A stretch of DNA of 64,000 nucleotides, taken from NCBI GenBank assembly GCA_965219415.1, contig CBDCNP010000002.1, positions 3,392,001-3,456,000 on the forward strand, given 5' to 3'. This document shows, one piece after another, positions 54,311-64,000 of the stretch (position 1 is the stretch's first letter; the number at the start of each line of letters is the position of its first letter). The position numbers were made by a program, and so were the translations under genes. The notes beneath the pieces were generated by a model. It ran no database searches and was not told the DNA's origin. It saw nothing but the letters and a program-made list of their open reading frames with translations. Source of the DNA: Candidatus Marinacidobacterales bacterium (GTDB taxonomy: Bacteria; Acidobacteriota; Vicinamibacteria; Marinacidobacterales; DATDRI01).

Positions 54311-54426
54311 TCGTCTTGGGCGGGCGGGTCGTCACCATGCAGATGACCACCTAGTCGAGAGCGAATATCCAAGCGTGTTCGCGATCGAAGCGGACGTGGA
54401 CCGCGACGTCGCCATGAGCCCGGCGA

Positions 54427-54685
54427 CCGTGAGGTCAAAATACTCATGCGGCTTCCCGATGGTAGAAACGTAGGAGCCCGCCAAGCCGTTCACGGGAGCG
54501 CACCTTGCGCTCGGACTGAGGTAACTGGTCGCTGGCTGGGAACAGCAGTAGATTCTCCTTGCCTTGATGATTCCTCTCGTGGTCATGGTAGACGACGTAC
54601 TCCCTAAGCGCATAACGGATTCAAGCTGCCCTTGGAAAGGTGCATACTGCTGACCCGCTGGGCGTTCGAGTATTTTGACCAGAGG
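54427..54685 (-). mobile_element. Mini-B non-autonomous element, second copy
   Basis: Same internal junction as 46640-46898. Confidence 0.85.
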
Positions 54686-54868
54686 GGTTGCGCTCTCCAT
54701 GATGAATGATGGGTGAACTCGGCCACGGACGATAGCAGGTCTAAAACGCTCAATCAACGCTGGATAGGTTTTTTGCGGAGGACAGGTCGGATCGTCGCTT
54801 TGCTGCACGACCCTCTTGACAATGGATGAAGCCGTCTCCAATAGTAGACGCTTGACGAGGGTCGGTCC

Positions 54869-56503
54869 GTGTCCGAGCATTTAGCGCATCTCCCACCCCG
54901 CGATCTCTTACCTCAGCGCGAAGCCTATGGTGTCCAGATACACATTCCGACTCGTTTGAATCTGGCCGATGAGATTCTGCGGCACCCGATGGAGTCGGGG
55001 TTGGCCGATCGACCTGCTGTCGTTTTCAAAGATCAGTCACTAACCTTTCGAGAGCTGGAAGAGAAAGCGTGCCGACTCGCCGGAGGCCTTCGCGACAGGG
55101 TCGGCATCAATACTGGGGACCGAATATTGGTGCGTTTCCCGAACCGACCCGACTTCATAGTTACCTGGTTCGCACTGCAAAAGCTCGGAGCCGTGGTCTT
55201 AGCTACGATGCCTATGCTTCGGGCCAGGGAGCTCGAGTACGTTGCCAATGACGCGGAGGTCAAGGCGGTCATCGTAGCGTCGGAGTTGTTAGAGGAAGTG
55301 GAAAAGGCTCGATCCAAGCTCACGACGAACCCGATACTGGTCGTTGCCGGCGGCAACGGTCCGGGGAGCCCCACGTTCGAGGAACTCGCGGCAGCGATTC
55401 CCATCAAGTCTTCCGTTGAGGTGGGCCGGGACGAACCCGTCCTCCTGGCTTACACCTCCGGAAGCACTGGCGTTCCCAAGGGCTGCGTTCACTTTTCCAG
55501 TGATGTCCTCGCTTCGGCCGACACCTACGGTAGGAAGATCCTGGCTCCGGAGCCCGGCGATGTGTTCACTGGACATCCGCCGATGGCCTTCACTTTCGGA
55601 CTGGGTGGACTTCTAGTCTATCCCCTCCGGTTTGGTGCGGCGACGTGCCTGATCGAACGCTTCACGCCAGAGAAAATGCTGGAAACGATCAGTCGTCACC
55701 GGGCAACGGTCGCGTTCTGCGCACCCACCTCCTATAAGCGAATGATGCAAGTGGAGGATGCCAAGAAGAGGTTCGATCTAGGAAGCCTCCGCGCTCCAGT
55801 GAGCGGGGGGGAGGTCCTTCCCGCAACCACCTTTGAACGGTGGAAGGAGATGTTCGGCCTTGAGATTTTGGAAGGCATAGGAAGCACCGAAATGTTTCAC
55901 AATTTCATATCAGCTCGCTCGGGACGAGCCCGTGCAGGCGCAACGGGCGAAGTGGTCCCCGGCTACCGGGCTCGGGTGGTGGACGATAACTTGAACGACT
56001 TGCCCACGGGCCAGCCCGGCATGCTCGCAGTCTCGGGTCCGACTGGCTGCAAATACTGGAAGAAGCCAAATCGCCAGCAGGATTACGTGCGGCGCGGATG
56101 GAACTTGCCCGGTGATCGTTTCGTCTTAAGCGAAGACGGCTACTTCCATTATCAATGCCGCGGGGACGACCTCATCATCACCTCGGGCTACAACGTGGCT
56201 GGACCCGAGGTGGAAAGCGTGCTTATGGAGCACCGGTCGGTTGCGGAAGTCGCCGTCGTAGCATCTCCCGACGAGCTTCGCGGCTACCTCGTCAAGGCCT
56301 TCGTGATCCTTAAGGACGGTGTCGAAGGAGACACGGCGCTGGTGGAGGAGCTTCAAGAGCACGTGCGCCAGCAGCTCGCGCCGTACAAGTATCCCCGAGA
56401 AGTGGAGTTCATCAACGAGCTTCCCCGCACCGAGACCGGGAAGATCCGGCGGGTTGCGCTCCGAAAGAGGGAGATCGAGAAAAAACAAAGGACGTTGGGC
56501 TAG
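54869..56503 (+). CDS. Benzoate/2-aminobenzoate-CoA ligase family protein
   Basis: YTSGSTGVPKG, AFTFGLGG, GIGSTEMFH.FIS, GPTGC.Y and APYKYPR motifs. Confidence 0.85.
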   Translation: MSEHLAHLPPRDLLPQREAYGVQIHIPTRLNLADEILRHPMESGLADRPAVVFKDQSLTFRELEEKACRLAGGLRDRVGINTGDRILVRFPNRPDFIVTWFALQKLGAVVLATMPMLRARELEYVANDAEVKAVIVASELLEEVEKARSKLTTNPILVVAGGNGPGSPTFEELAAAIPIKSSVEVGRDEPVLLAYTSGSTGVPKGCVHFSSDVLASADTYGRKILAPEPGDVFTGHPPMAFTFGLGGLLVYPLRFGAATCLIERFTPEKMLETISRHRATVAFCAPTSYKRMMQVEDAKKRFDLGSLRAPVSGGEVLPATTFERWKEMFGLEILEGIGSTEMFHNFISARSGRARAGATGEVVPGYRARVVDDNLNDLPTGQPGMLAVSGPTGCKYWKKPNRQQDYVRRGWNLPGDRFVLSEDGYFHYQCRGDDLIITSGYNVAGPEVESVLMEHRSVAEVAVVASPDELRGYLVKAFVILKDGVEGDTALVEELQEHVRQQLAPYKYPREVEFINELPRTETGKIRRVALRKREIEKKQRTLG

Positions 56504-56610
56504 TCCAGATCTTCTGGACTTTGCCTTTGAAACGGCCGGCCGATTGTTCTCCCGAGCGGGAGCGTATAGACTCCCTCCGGCTTGTCCTTCGCAAACGAAC
56601 GGTTTCGAAC

Positions 56611-57811
56611 CCGTCTGGTCAAAATACTCGAACGCCCAGCGGGTCAGCAGTTTGCACCTTCGCAAAGGCCGCTTGAATCCGCCATCGCTGTCGGATACGT
56701 ATTCCAGTTCAGCGGAAGGAGTTGCGATGGACTGGAAGACCATGCTGAGCTACATCTCAGGGTCCGTGGATGAGGAGTTGCTCCTGCGCAACGAGTATCT
56801 TGTGGCCGAGAATCGAGTTCTTCGAAATCAGGTCCAGGGTCGCTTGCACCTGACCGATGGCGAACGGCGGTCTCTGGCCGAGCTCGGAAAGCGTCTGGGT
56901 AAGCAAGCCCTTGATGAGATCGCGAGTATCGTGAATCCCGACACGATCTTGGGTTGGCACCGGAGGCTTGTCGCGAAGAAGTTCGACAGCTCCGAGAACC
57001 GTCCGTATCCAGGGCGACCGCGGATCGACGCCGACATCGAAGAGCTGGTAGTGCGTCTCGCCAAGGAGAACAAGTCCTGGGGTTACGACCGGATTGCAGG
57101 GGCGCTAGCCAACGTTGGGCATGAAGTGGCCGACCAAACCGTCGGTAACATTCTGAAACGCCACGGCATTCCGCTCGCACCAGAGCGTCGGAAGACCACG
57201 ACGTGGAGGGAGTTCATCCGCTCGCACATGGACGTGCTCGCGGCGACAGATTTCTTCACCACGCAAGTGTGGACTCAGGGCGGGTTGGTGACGTACTACG
57301 TTCTGTTCTTCATGCACCTGGCTACCCGTCGAGTCCACGTCGCCGGCATCACGCCGCATCCGAACGAACAGTGGATGACTCAAGTGGCTCGCAACGTGAC
57401 CATGGCAGATGTCGGCTTTCTGTCATCGAGCCGATACCTCATTCACGACCGGGACTCGAAGTTCTGCGAGTCGTTCCACCGGACCATCGAGGCGGTTGGC
57501 GTCGCGCCCGTCAAGCTGCCCGCACGGAGCCCGGATTTGAACTCGTTCGCGGAGCGCTGGGTGAAGTCAGTCAAAGAGGAATGTCTCTCGAAGCTCATCC
57601 TGTTCGGCGAGAAATCGCTACGTCATGCGCTTAGGGAGTACGTCGTCTACTATCACCACGAGAGGAATCATCAAGGCAAGGAGAATCTGCTGCTGTTCCC
57701 AGCCAGCGACCAGTTACCTCAGTCCGAGCGCAAGGTGCGCTCCCGTGAACGGCTTGGCGGGTTGCTACGTTTCTACCATCGGGAAGCCGCTTGAGTATTT
57801 TGACCTCACGC
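56611..57811 (+). mobile_element. Integrase-core element 'B', full copy; transposase 56727-57794
   Basis: Same termini as 44167-45368 and a near-identical protein. Confidence 0.88.
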
Positions 57812-57884
57812 CGAGGCGGCTGCGCTTTTCACCGAACTTCTCCAGGAAATGCATGACACTCTCCTCGCCGATGAGGACTAGCTT

Positions 57885-58457
57885 GTGGCTCTCCAACGTG
57901 GATTCAAAGCCGAGGCCGAGCGCCTCGCGAAGGACATCTGGAGCGCGATGCGCCTCACGCCCAGCGATTGCATGGACGCCGTGGACCTCGCCAAGCACGT
58001 GGGCTGCGTCGTTCGCTCCGCGGACGCGCTCGTCGACATCGCGAAGCTCAAGGAACTCAAGCGAATCCAAGACGATGCGTTCTTCGCTTGCACGTTCAAA
58101 CTTCCCGGCGATCGCCACGCCATTGTCTTCAACCCGTTAATGCCAGATACAAGGCGGAACAGCGATGTCGCCCATGAGGTCGCTCATATCGTTCTCGACC
58201 ATCGCCTCTCGCGTCTCGAACGGCTCGGCAACGTCGCGTTCCTCTCCTGCGACAAGCAACAAGAGGAAGAGGCCGCATGGCTTTCCGGGTGCCTCCTCCT
58301 TCCGCGGTTCGCTCTGAGCCACGACGTGACGAAGCGCATGGCGTCCAAGACCATCGCAGAGAACCGGGTGTTGAGCAATGACATGGTGGACTATCGCGTG
58401 CGGGTCACCGGGGTCGCACGACAACTCGCTGCCGGCAGGCGCGGGCACTCTTACTGA
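57885..58457 (+). CDS. ImmA/IrrE family metallopeptidase; a remnant of the upstream partner gene lies at 57812-57881
   Basis: AHEVAH (HExxH) and QEEEA.WL...LLLP motifs. Confidence 0.85.
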   Translation: MALQRGFKAEAERLAKDIWSAMRLTPSDCMDAVDLAKHVGCVVRSADALVDIAKLKELKRIQDDAFFACTFKLPGDRHAIVFNPLMPDTRRNSDVAHEVAHIVLDHRLSRLERLGNVAFLSCDKQQEEEAAWLSGCLLLPRFALSHDVTKRMASKTIAENRVLSNDMVDYRVRVTGVARQLAAGRRGHSY

Positions 58458-58482
58458 ATTCGTCCGGGGGGGCTCGTCGAAC

Positions 58483-58630
58483 CCGTCCTGTGCCAAAACT
58501 CGGCCCTTTAGAAATAGACCACAAATCAGCAGCTTAGACGCCCTTGGAATCCGCGCAGAATCCAGGGTATTTCGCGCCGCAGGGCTGACTTCCGACCCAT
58601 GGGCTGGCGGATGAATAAATAGAAGGCACA
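58483..58630. mobile_element. Chimeric 'C'/'D' miniature element, variant form
   Basis: C end matching about 38515-38639, fused to GCGGATGAATAAATAGAAGGCACA. Confidence 0.7.
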
Positions 58631-59110
58631 GGACGCCTCTCGCGCCGGCCGTCGTCCGAAGCCTAGAGGAAGCCGGTAATCAGCTGCTGACCTTCTACGA
58701 ATTCCCTCGTGCCATGTGGAAATCGATTCGAACGACCAATGCTCTGGAGAATCTCAACCGCGAGTTTCGACGCCGGACAAAAACCCAAGCGTCGTTCTCC
58801 AGCGAGGAGTCTGCGGTCGCTTTGCTGTTTGGGCTTATCGCCTCTGGCCAGATTCAACTACGACGCATCGACGGCTACCAACGTCTGAGCGAGGTTCTCG
58901 AACACGCGGAGGTTGCCGCCTGATATGATACTCTGATGACGGAGTGGAGGGCGCCGTTCTTTTTCCACGGACCTCGGGACACATCCCGCATCGACGGCTA
59001 CCAACACCTAGCCGACGTTTTCGGCCGAAGCGAGGTCGCTGCTTGATCTGATACCGTGACGATGAAGTGGAGGAGCGCCGTTCTTTTTCCACGGACATCG
59101 GGACGCATCC
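58631..59110 (+). mobile_element. IS256 family 3' fragment followed by a second, diverged IS256 right end
   Basis: LLTFY.FP...IRTTN.LE.LNREFRRRTK; two units of about 124 bp, each ending TTCCACGGAC.TCGGGAC.CATCC. Confidence 0.8.
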
Positions 59111-59194
59111 GTCGCGACACAGTCACGGAGCTTGCTGTATAGTCCTCCTGAGGCGAGACGTGTCTGTGTCCACTCGCAGATAGATCGAAGTGTC

Positions 59195-60778
59195 ATGCGC
59201 GTATTCTTGATTCACATTCGCGACCCTCAGTTCTACGCGCTGCCTTCAACAACCGCTGCCCGGAACGGCAACATTCGGGTGATGGGGTTCCCTCCCATCG
59301 GCATCATGTCGCTCTCGGCTGTCCTCAAACGCGATGGTCATGAGTGCGTCATGTTCGACCAGGCCAATCCGGAAACACCGAACGAAGTCATCCTGGAGGA
59401 GATCCGACGGCAGCGGCCGGAGCTGGTGGGCTTGAGCTTTCTGAGCACCACCAGCTACCCCTATGCGAAATTGCTCCTCCGGCAGATTCGAGCGACCGAT
59501 AGAGCGGTGCGACTCGCTTTCGGCGGGGTGTTCGCCACCTTGAATGCCGAGCGGGTGAAGCTACAGTGTCCCGAAGTCGATTTCGTGTGCCGGGGCGACG
59601 GGGAACAATTGATTCTGGACCTCGTAGAACGATTGGACGACCCCACCGGCGTTGCCGGAGTCACCTGGGTCAAGGACGGCGAGCTCGTTCACAATCCCGA
59701 CCGGCCGCTGGATCGCGACCTCGACCAGTGGCCATTTCCCGACCGAGATAGCCTCCCACTGGACTTCATCGAGTCGATGCCTCTCGACGTCCCCGCGGTC
59801 CTGTCCCTGGAGCGGTTTACCACCATGCAGACCTCGCGCGGTTGCCCCTGGCCCTGTGTGTTCTGTGATATTCCCGTCTTCAGTGAAGGAAAGTGGCGCT
59901 CGCGCAGTCCCGAGCATGTCGTAGCCGAGCTCGACCACCTGCAAGCGTTAGGCTATGGATCGGTCTATTTCGTGGACGACCACTTTCTGCTGCAACCCAA
60001 GCGGATCGAGTCCATCTGCAAGGGAATCAATGACAGCGGCATCACGATCGAATGGGGCTGCGAAGGGCGCGTCGACTCGGTTTGCCAACACCTTTTTCCA
60101 GCCATGGCCAAGGCCCACTGCCGGACGCTCATGCTAGGGATCGAGAGCGGCAGCCAGAAGGTGCTCGACCGACTCAAGAAGGAGCAGACGCTCGCCGAGG
60201 TCGAGACCACGGTGAGCAATGCCAAGGCGGCCGGAATCGAAATCGTGCACGGGTTTTTCGTCGTTGGAAGTCCGGGCGAGACGGCCGACGACGTCCGCGC
60301 CACCTTCGACTTTGCGTCGAGGCTTGCTTTAGACACGTTCGGCTTCAACCGCCTGTGCGTCTACCGCGGGACCCCCCTCTGGCACGAGTACGTCGAGCGC
60401 GGCCTCGTTGACGACGCGAACGATTGGTACAAGTATTTCAAGTGCACCGAGATCGACCCCACCTGCCTGTCCGGCGAGGCGGTGAACGCCGAGCGCTCGG
60501 CCGGCTTGCGACGTTTGTTCCGCTACAAAATCAGGCACTACCCGCTTCAGACCCTCCGCCTGCTGTGGCGTTTTCTCCGTCATATGCCGATACGCGACGT
60601 GGCCTACCTGATCGTCAAGCCGTTTCTCGGGGCGAAGCGCGGAGAGACCAAGGCCGAGGTGATGTCGCGCGCCGTCGAGCACGGGGCGTCCAAGGATGCG
60701 GCAGCGGATCTCACGAAGGTGAGCGACGACATCCTCTTGAAGACACACGACTCACAGCCCGAGCACCGCGCCCAATAG
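59195..60778 (+). CDS. Cobalamin-binding radical SAM protein
   Basis: PPIG, GGVFAT, GDGE, TSRGCPWPCVFC and GIESGSQ motifs. Confidence 0.9.
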   Translation: MRVFLIHIRDPQFYALPSTTAARNGNIRVMGFPPIGIMSLSAVLKRDGHECVMFDQANPETPNEVILEEIRRQRPELVGLSFLSTTSYPYAKLLLRQIRATDRAVRLAFGGVFATLNAERVKLQCPEVDFVCRGDGEQLILDLVERLDDPTGVAGVTWVKDGELVHNPDRPLDRDLDQWPFPDRDSLPLDFIESMPLDVPAVLSLERFTTMQTSRGCPWPCVFCDIPVFSEGKWRSRSPEHVVAELDHLQALGYGSVYFVDDHFLLQPKRIESICKGINDSGITIEWGCEGRVDSVCQHLFPAMAKAHCRTLMLGIESGSQKVLDRLKKEQTLAEVETTVSNAKAAGIEIVHGFFVVGSPGETADDVRATFDFASRLALDTFGFNRLCVYRGTPLWHEYVERGLVDDANDWYKYFKCTEIDPTCLSGEAVNAERSAGLRRLFRYKIRHYPLQTLRLLWRFLRHMPIRDVAYLIVKPFLGAKRGETKAEVMSRAVEHGASKDAAADLTKVSDDILLKTHDSQPEHRAQ

Positions 60779-61214
60779 CTTTGGTGGTTGCCCCGGTCGC
60801 TTAGCGACGGACGTTCCCGAGGACAACGATCGGGAGCAAGGCCCGTTGTGATCCGCAAAAAAGAAGATCGCGTATGGACGGGCAGACAAGCGATGAGAGC
60901 GACATCCCCGTATGGTGCAAATAGTACGTCGAACTCGACGTCGGCCTTGTGGAGGGTCGATGACCGGATCTGCGCGAAGCGAGGATTCGATGGGCCGCCA
61001 GCCGAGGTCAATGCCACAGCCGAGGTCAATGCCACGACGATACGAAACCCACGGGGCTGACCTCGAGCTACCTCCTCCATCATCCGCTTCCCGACGATTG
61101 GGAGGAAGCAGCGTGCCCTCGTCGCAACGCTGTGAGGCAGGTCACGTTGTAAGCCAACCTGCGGCCGCGGCCACGCTCGCTCTTGATCTCCATCAGTCGG
61201 CGAACGGCATCACC

Positions 61215-61439
61215 TGTGCCTTCTATTTATTCATCCGGGCGCCCCGAACTTGATTAGTCTCCGGTCTGCCGGCACCATACCTGCTTGATTTCGTCGTTTG
61301 TTCGCGCTCTCATCTCCGCCTTCAAGGCCGTCTGGTCAAAATACTCGAACGCTCAATGGGTCAGCAGTTTGCACCTTACGGCTTGGCGGGTTGCTAAGTT
61401 TCTACCATCGGGAAGCCGCATGAGTATTTTGACCTCACG
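61215..61439 (+). mobile_element. 'D' left end (61215-61327) abutting a very short mini-B (61328-61439)
   Basis: Both B termini lie within 112 bp. Confidence 0.78.
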
Positions 61440-62183
61440 ACCTCTCTCGTGGCCAAAGAGTTCGGATTCCACGAGTTCAGCTGGTATAGCGCCGCAGTTG
61501 ACCGCTTTGAAGGTTGATCCCGCCGTGGACTGGCTCTGTAGATCGACCGGGCAAGCAACTCTTTCCCTGTGCCAGACTCGCCCTCTAAAAGGATCGGCAC
61601 TGATCGCGGAGCAACACGCCGCGCCTTGGCGATCACGCGAGCCATGGCTCGACTGCGGTGAATGATGTCAGCGAATTCGGGAGCCTCGGGAGGAAGCCCG
61701 GCGGCCAACTTCTCGAGGCGTTCGTCCGAACCTCGGAGGAGATCCGGTATGAACTCGGCCGACATGTCGAAGGGCACGGATGCCGTCCGTACGCCATGCT
61801 TAAGCGAGGACTCGATCAACTCACCTGGGAAGCGCGTCTTGGCCAGGATAATCCAGACCGCCGTCATGGCGGGAGTCCCTGGGCTCAGATGAAAGGTCAG
61901 CTCGGAATCCTTGCCGTAACGCACGAGTGACTCGGTCACGACCCGAACCGCTACTTCGTATATCTCGCCGAATTGCGTGGGACCAGACAACGACTTGTGG
62001 CATACGGCCACTTGTGCCTTGGTCTGAGGCCGGAGCCATTCTAGGAACGGCATCACCTCTTTTTCGGGATAATCGCTTATCAGCACGGCAGCGTCGTAGG
62101 AGCGCGTGCTGAGCGCTTGGGCGATCGGCCCTTTACCGACAAGCGGCTCTTCCTGGGGCGCTCGAAGATCAGTTTGGCCGACC
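61440..62183 (-). pseudogene. Sigma-54-dependent activator with RtcR/CARF-like N-terminus, cut at both ends
   Basis: FHLSPGTPAM..VW; GESGTGKE; [17 protein letters not shown] after a frameshift. Confidence 0.8.
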
Positions 62184-62362
62184 CCGTCCTGTGCCAAAAC
62201 TCGGCCCTTTCGAAATAGGCCATAAATCAGCAACTTAGAGTCTGTGTTTGCGGCCGTGCCCAGGGCCGAGCGCAAACAAACGACGAAATCATGCAGGCAT
62301 AGTCCCGGCAGATCGGAGACCGATCAGGTTCGGGGCGCGCGGATGAATAAATAGAAGGCACA
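62184..62362. mobile_element. Chimeric MITE, copy 3
   Basis: Near-identical to 43249-43426. Confidence 0.82.
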
Positions 62363-62536
62363 GGGTACCATGCGTGGCGGTAGCGTGGGCGGAGTCAGTG
62401 AACCTGCGACGAGACCCAGGTGGGCGACGACGGGAGGCGACCTCATTCGGGCAGGGGTGCCGGTGCGTCGGGATGTTGCTCATCGGCCACATGCCGGGTG
62501 TCTCGCTGTCACTAGCTAGCTACAGAGGATGAGATC

Positions 62537-62905
62537 ATGCGAACTATATTGATTGTCGTGTCAATGGCGGCGCTTTCTGTTGGATGTCGGCAGAACCCGT
62601 TGGCTGAGTTGCAAGAAGATGCTCAGGAGGTATTTGACGACGCGCGGACGAGGGCAGAGGAAGTGCGCGAACTGTCAGCAGAAGAACTCGAGGACCTCTG
62701 GGCGATCGAATACACGTCACTCGAGGTGACAGAAGCTGATCTCGGTGGCGTGGACGAGCGGCTCAATAAGATGGGACGAGAGCGGTGGGAGTGCTATCAC
62801 GTCAGTGGGCATGAGCAAGGAACGGTCTTTTACTTCAAAAGACGCAAGTCGAACGGGATCGCCTACCTAACTAATCTGCTGAGGGTAGGTGCGATCACAT
62901 TCTAG
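62537..62905 (+). CDS. Hypothetical lipoprotein (DUF4177-like C-terminus)
   Basis: Lipobox SVGC; EY...LN.MG.ERWE....FYFKR. Confidence 0.7.
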   Translation: MRTILIVVSMAALSVGCRQNPLAELQEDAQEVFDDARTRAEEVRELSAEELEDLWAIEYTSLEVTEADLGGVDERLNKMGRERWECYHVSGHEQGTVFYFKRRKSNGIAYLTNLLRVGAITF

Positions 62906-63029
62906 AGTGACCGCACCGGACCGGCCACGGTGGTGTGGATGAGACGGCGCACCGCGTCCTGTGCCCAAACTCGGCCCTTGGTGGATAGAGTCTTGGAGGG
63001 TTCGGTTGTATTTTTGGACACGACGCGTT

Positions 63030-63708
63030 TCACCCGACAGCGGAAGGCGCGCGAGCTCGGTGCCCGCATGGAGTCTCCCTGTCAGGTTCGTGAGCTCGAC
63101 TTGCGTTGGGGTGAGCTGCGCGGCGTCAAGACCTCGATCGGTAACTTCGAGCTCGACGTACTCGTCGTGGCGGCGGGGGTCGACACGCCGCAGGTAGCGG
63201 CGATGGCCGGGCTCCGCGTGCCGCTGAAAGATTCTCCCGGCCTCCTCGCCCACACGAAGCCCACCGCTGAGTTCATCGGCCGGGTCGTCTCGCTCCCGGC
63301 GCCCATATGAAGCAGAAACTCGACGGACGCGTCGTCACCGGGAGCGGCTTCGGGGGCAGCCCTACTACGGATACCTCGAGAGAGCAGGGCGAGCGGATGC
63401 TCGAAGAGGCCGAGCAGTTCCTCCCCCGGCTTGGCGGAGCGGAGCTCGAGCGGGTCACCCTCGGATGGCGCCCACTTCCCGAGGATGATCGTCCGATCGT
63501 CGGCTTCAGCGACGGCGCTCCCGACGTCTACATCGTCGTCATGCACAGCGGGGTCACGCAAGCGCCAATCATGGGCCGGCTCGTCGCCATGGAGATCCTG
63601 GACGACGTGCGTGTGGATTTACTGAAGGACTTCCGGCTCTCCGTTTCGAGGGGAAACGAGAGACCGGCGTCTCCTTGCTCCGATGAACTTCAGCCAGCCA
63701 CCCGTTAG
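63030..63708 (+). pseudogene. DAO-family FAD oxidoreductase, 3' fragment, frameshifted near 63295
   Basis: VVAAG, GWRPLPED.RPIVG and HSGVT.AP..G motifs; preceded by IS-end debris. Confidence 0.75.
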
Positions 63709-63852
63709 GGGATCTAATTGTGAGCAACCGGCGCATCTGCGCCGCCCTAATCGGTTCGCCCTTTGTCACACAGCCCAGGGTGATTCAGAGATTTCTTCAG
63801 TCGATTCGCATCCCCCCTCTGGCAAGCTACTGGAGCGACAAACGCAACGAAA

Positions 63853-64000
63853 ATGAGAGTGCTCGCTTCTTCGACCCTACTTCTTCTGGCGCTCCTGCCT
63901 CCTCCGCTCATCCCTGTCCAGCAGCCCACCGGGCTTGTGATTCGGGGAGGGTGGCTCTTCGATGGAACGGGCGACTCGCTGGAGGCAAACCGTGGCATAT
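63853..64000 (+). CDS. Probable amidohydrolase, N-terminus (runs off the window)
   Basis: Signal peptide, then LVIRGGWLFDGTG. Confidence 0.6.
   Translation, partial: MRVLASSTLLLLALLPPPLIPVQQPTGLVIRGGWLFDGTGDSLEANRGI

Noticed and set aside
61001-61036. 18-bp tandem duplication GCCGAGGTCAATGCCAC(A/G)
   Set aside because: Only two copies in intergenic DNA, with no supporting context.
63640-63755. Possible degenerate attC ending in GTTAGGG
   Set aside because: No complementary inverse core or convincing stem was found.

Overview
A GC-rich (about 60% by eye) bacterial window in two parts. Positions 1-35.5 kb hold metabolic genes: thrC-thrB; a SAM-I-riboswitch-controlled thrC-like/lysC/hom operon; a class V aminotransferase with serA; MATE, NRAMP, M20 peptidase and a LysM transglycosylase. 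A 21.4-kb block here is inverted between two IS5 (IS903-type) copies. The inversion split an amidohydrolase gene, and its halves rejoin exactly through a 9-bp target duplication. An ISL3 interrupts a class III aminotransferase. Positions 35.5-64 kb are a patchwork of one- or two-gene segments, many cut mid-gene. They are separated by nested ends, miniature derivatives and full copies of several IS families (integrase-core/rve types, IS3-like, IS6, IS256). The strongest leads are: (i) a SAM-regulated threonine-synthase paralogue that may make homocysteine from O-phosphohomoserine; (ii) a 166-bp inverted-repeat element that brackets single genes and is hit twice at the same site by an IS3-like element; (iii) a UGA/SECIS selenocysteine peroxiredoxin missed by the ORF track; (iv) a DUF429-like nuclease plus GGCT-like gene pair among defence-gene debris. 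Many single-base frameshifts suggest sequencing or assembly error, and the patchwork could partly be misassembly. No tRNA, rRNA or CRISPR array was seen. All family calls come from motif recognition, not database searches.
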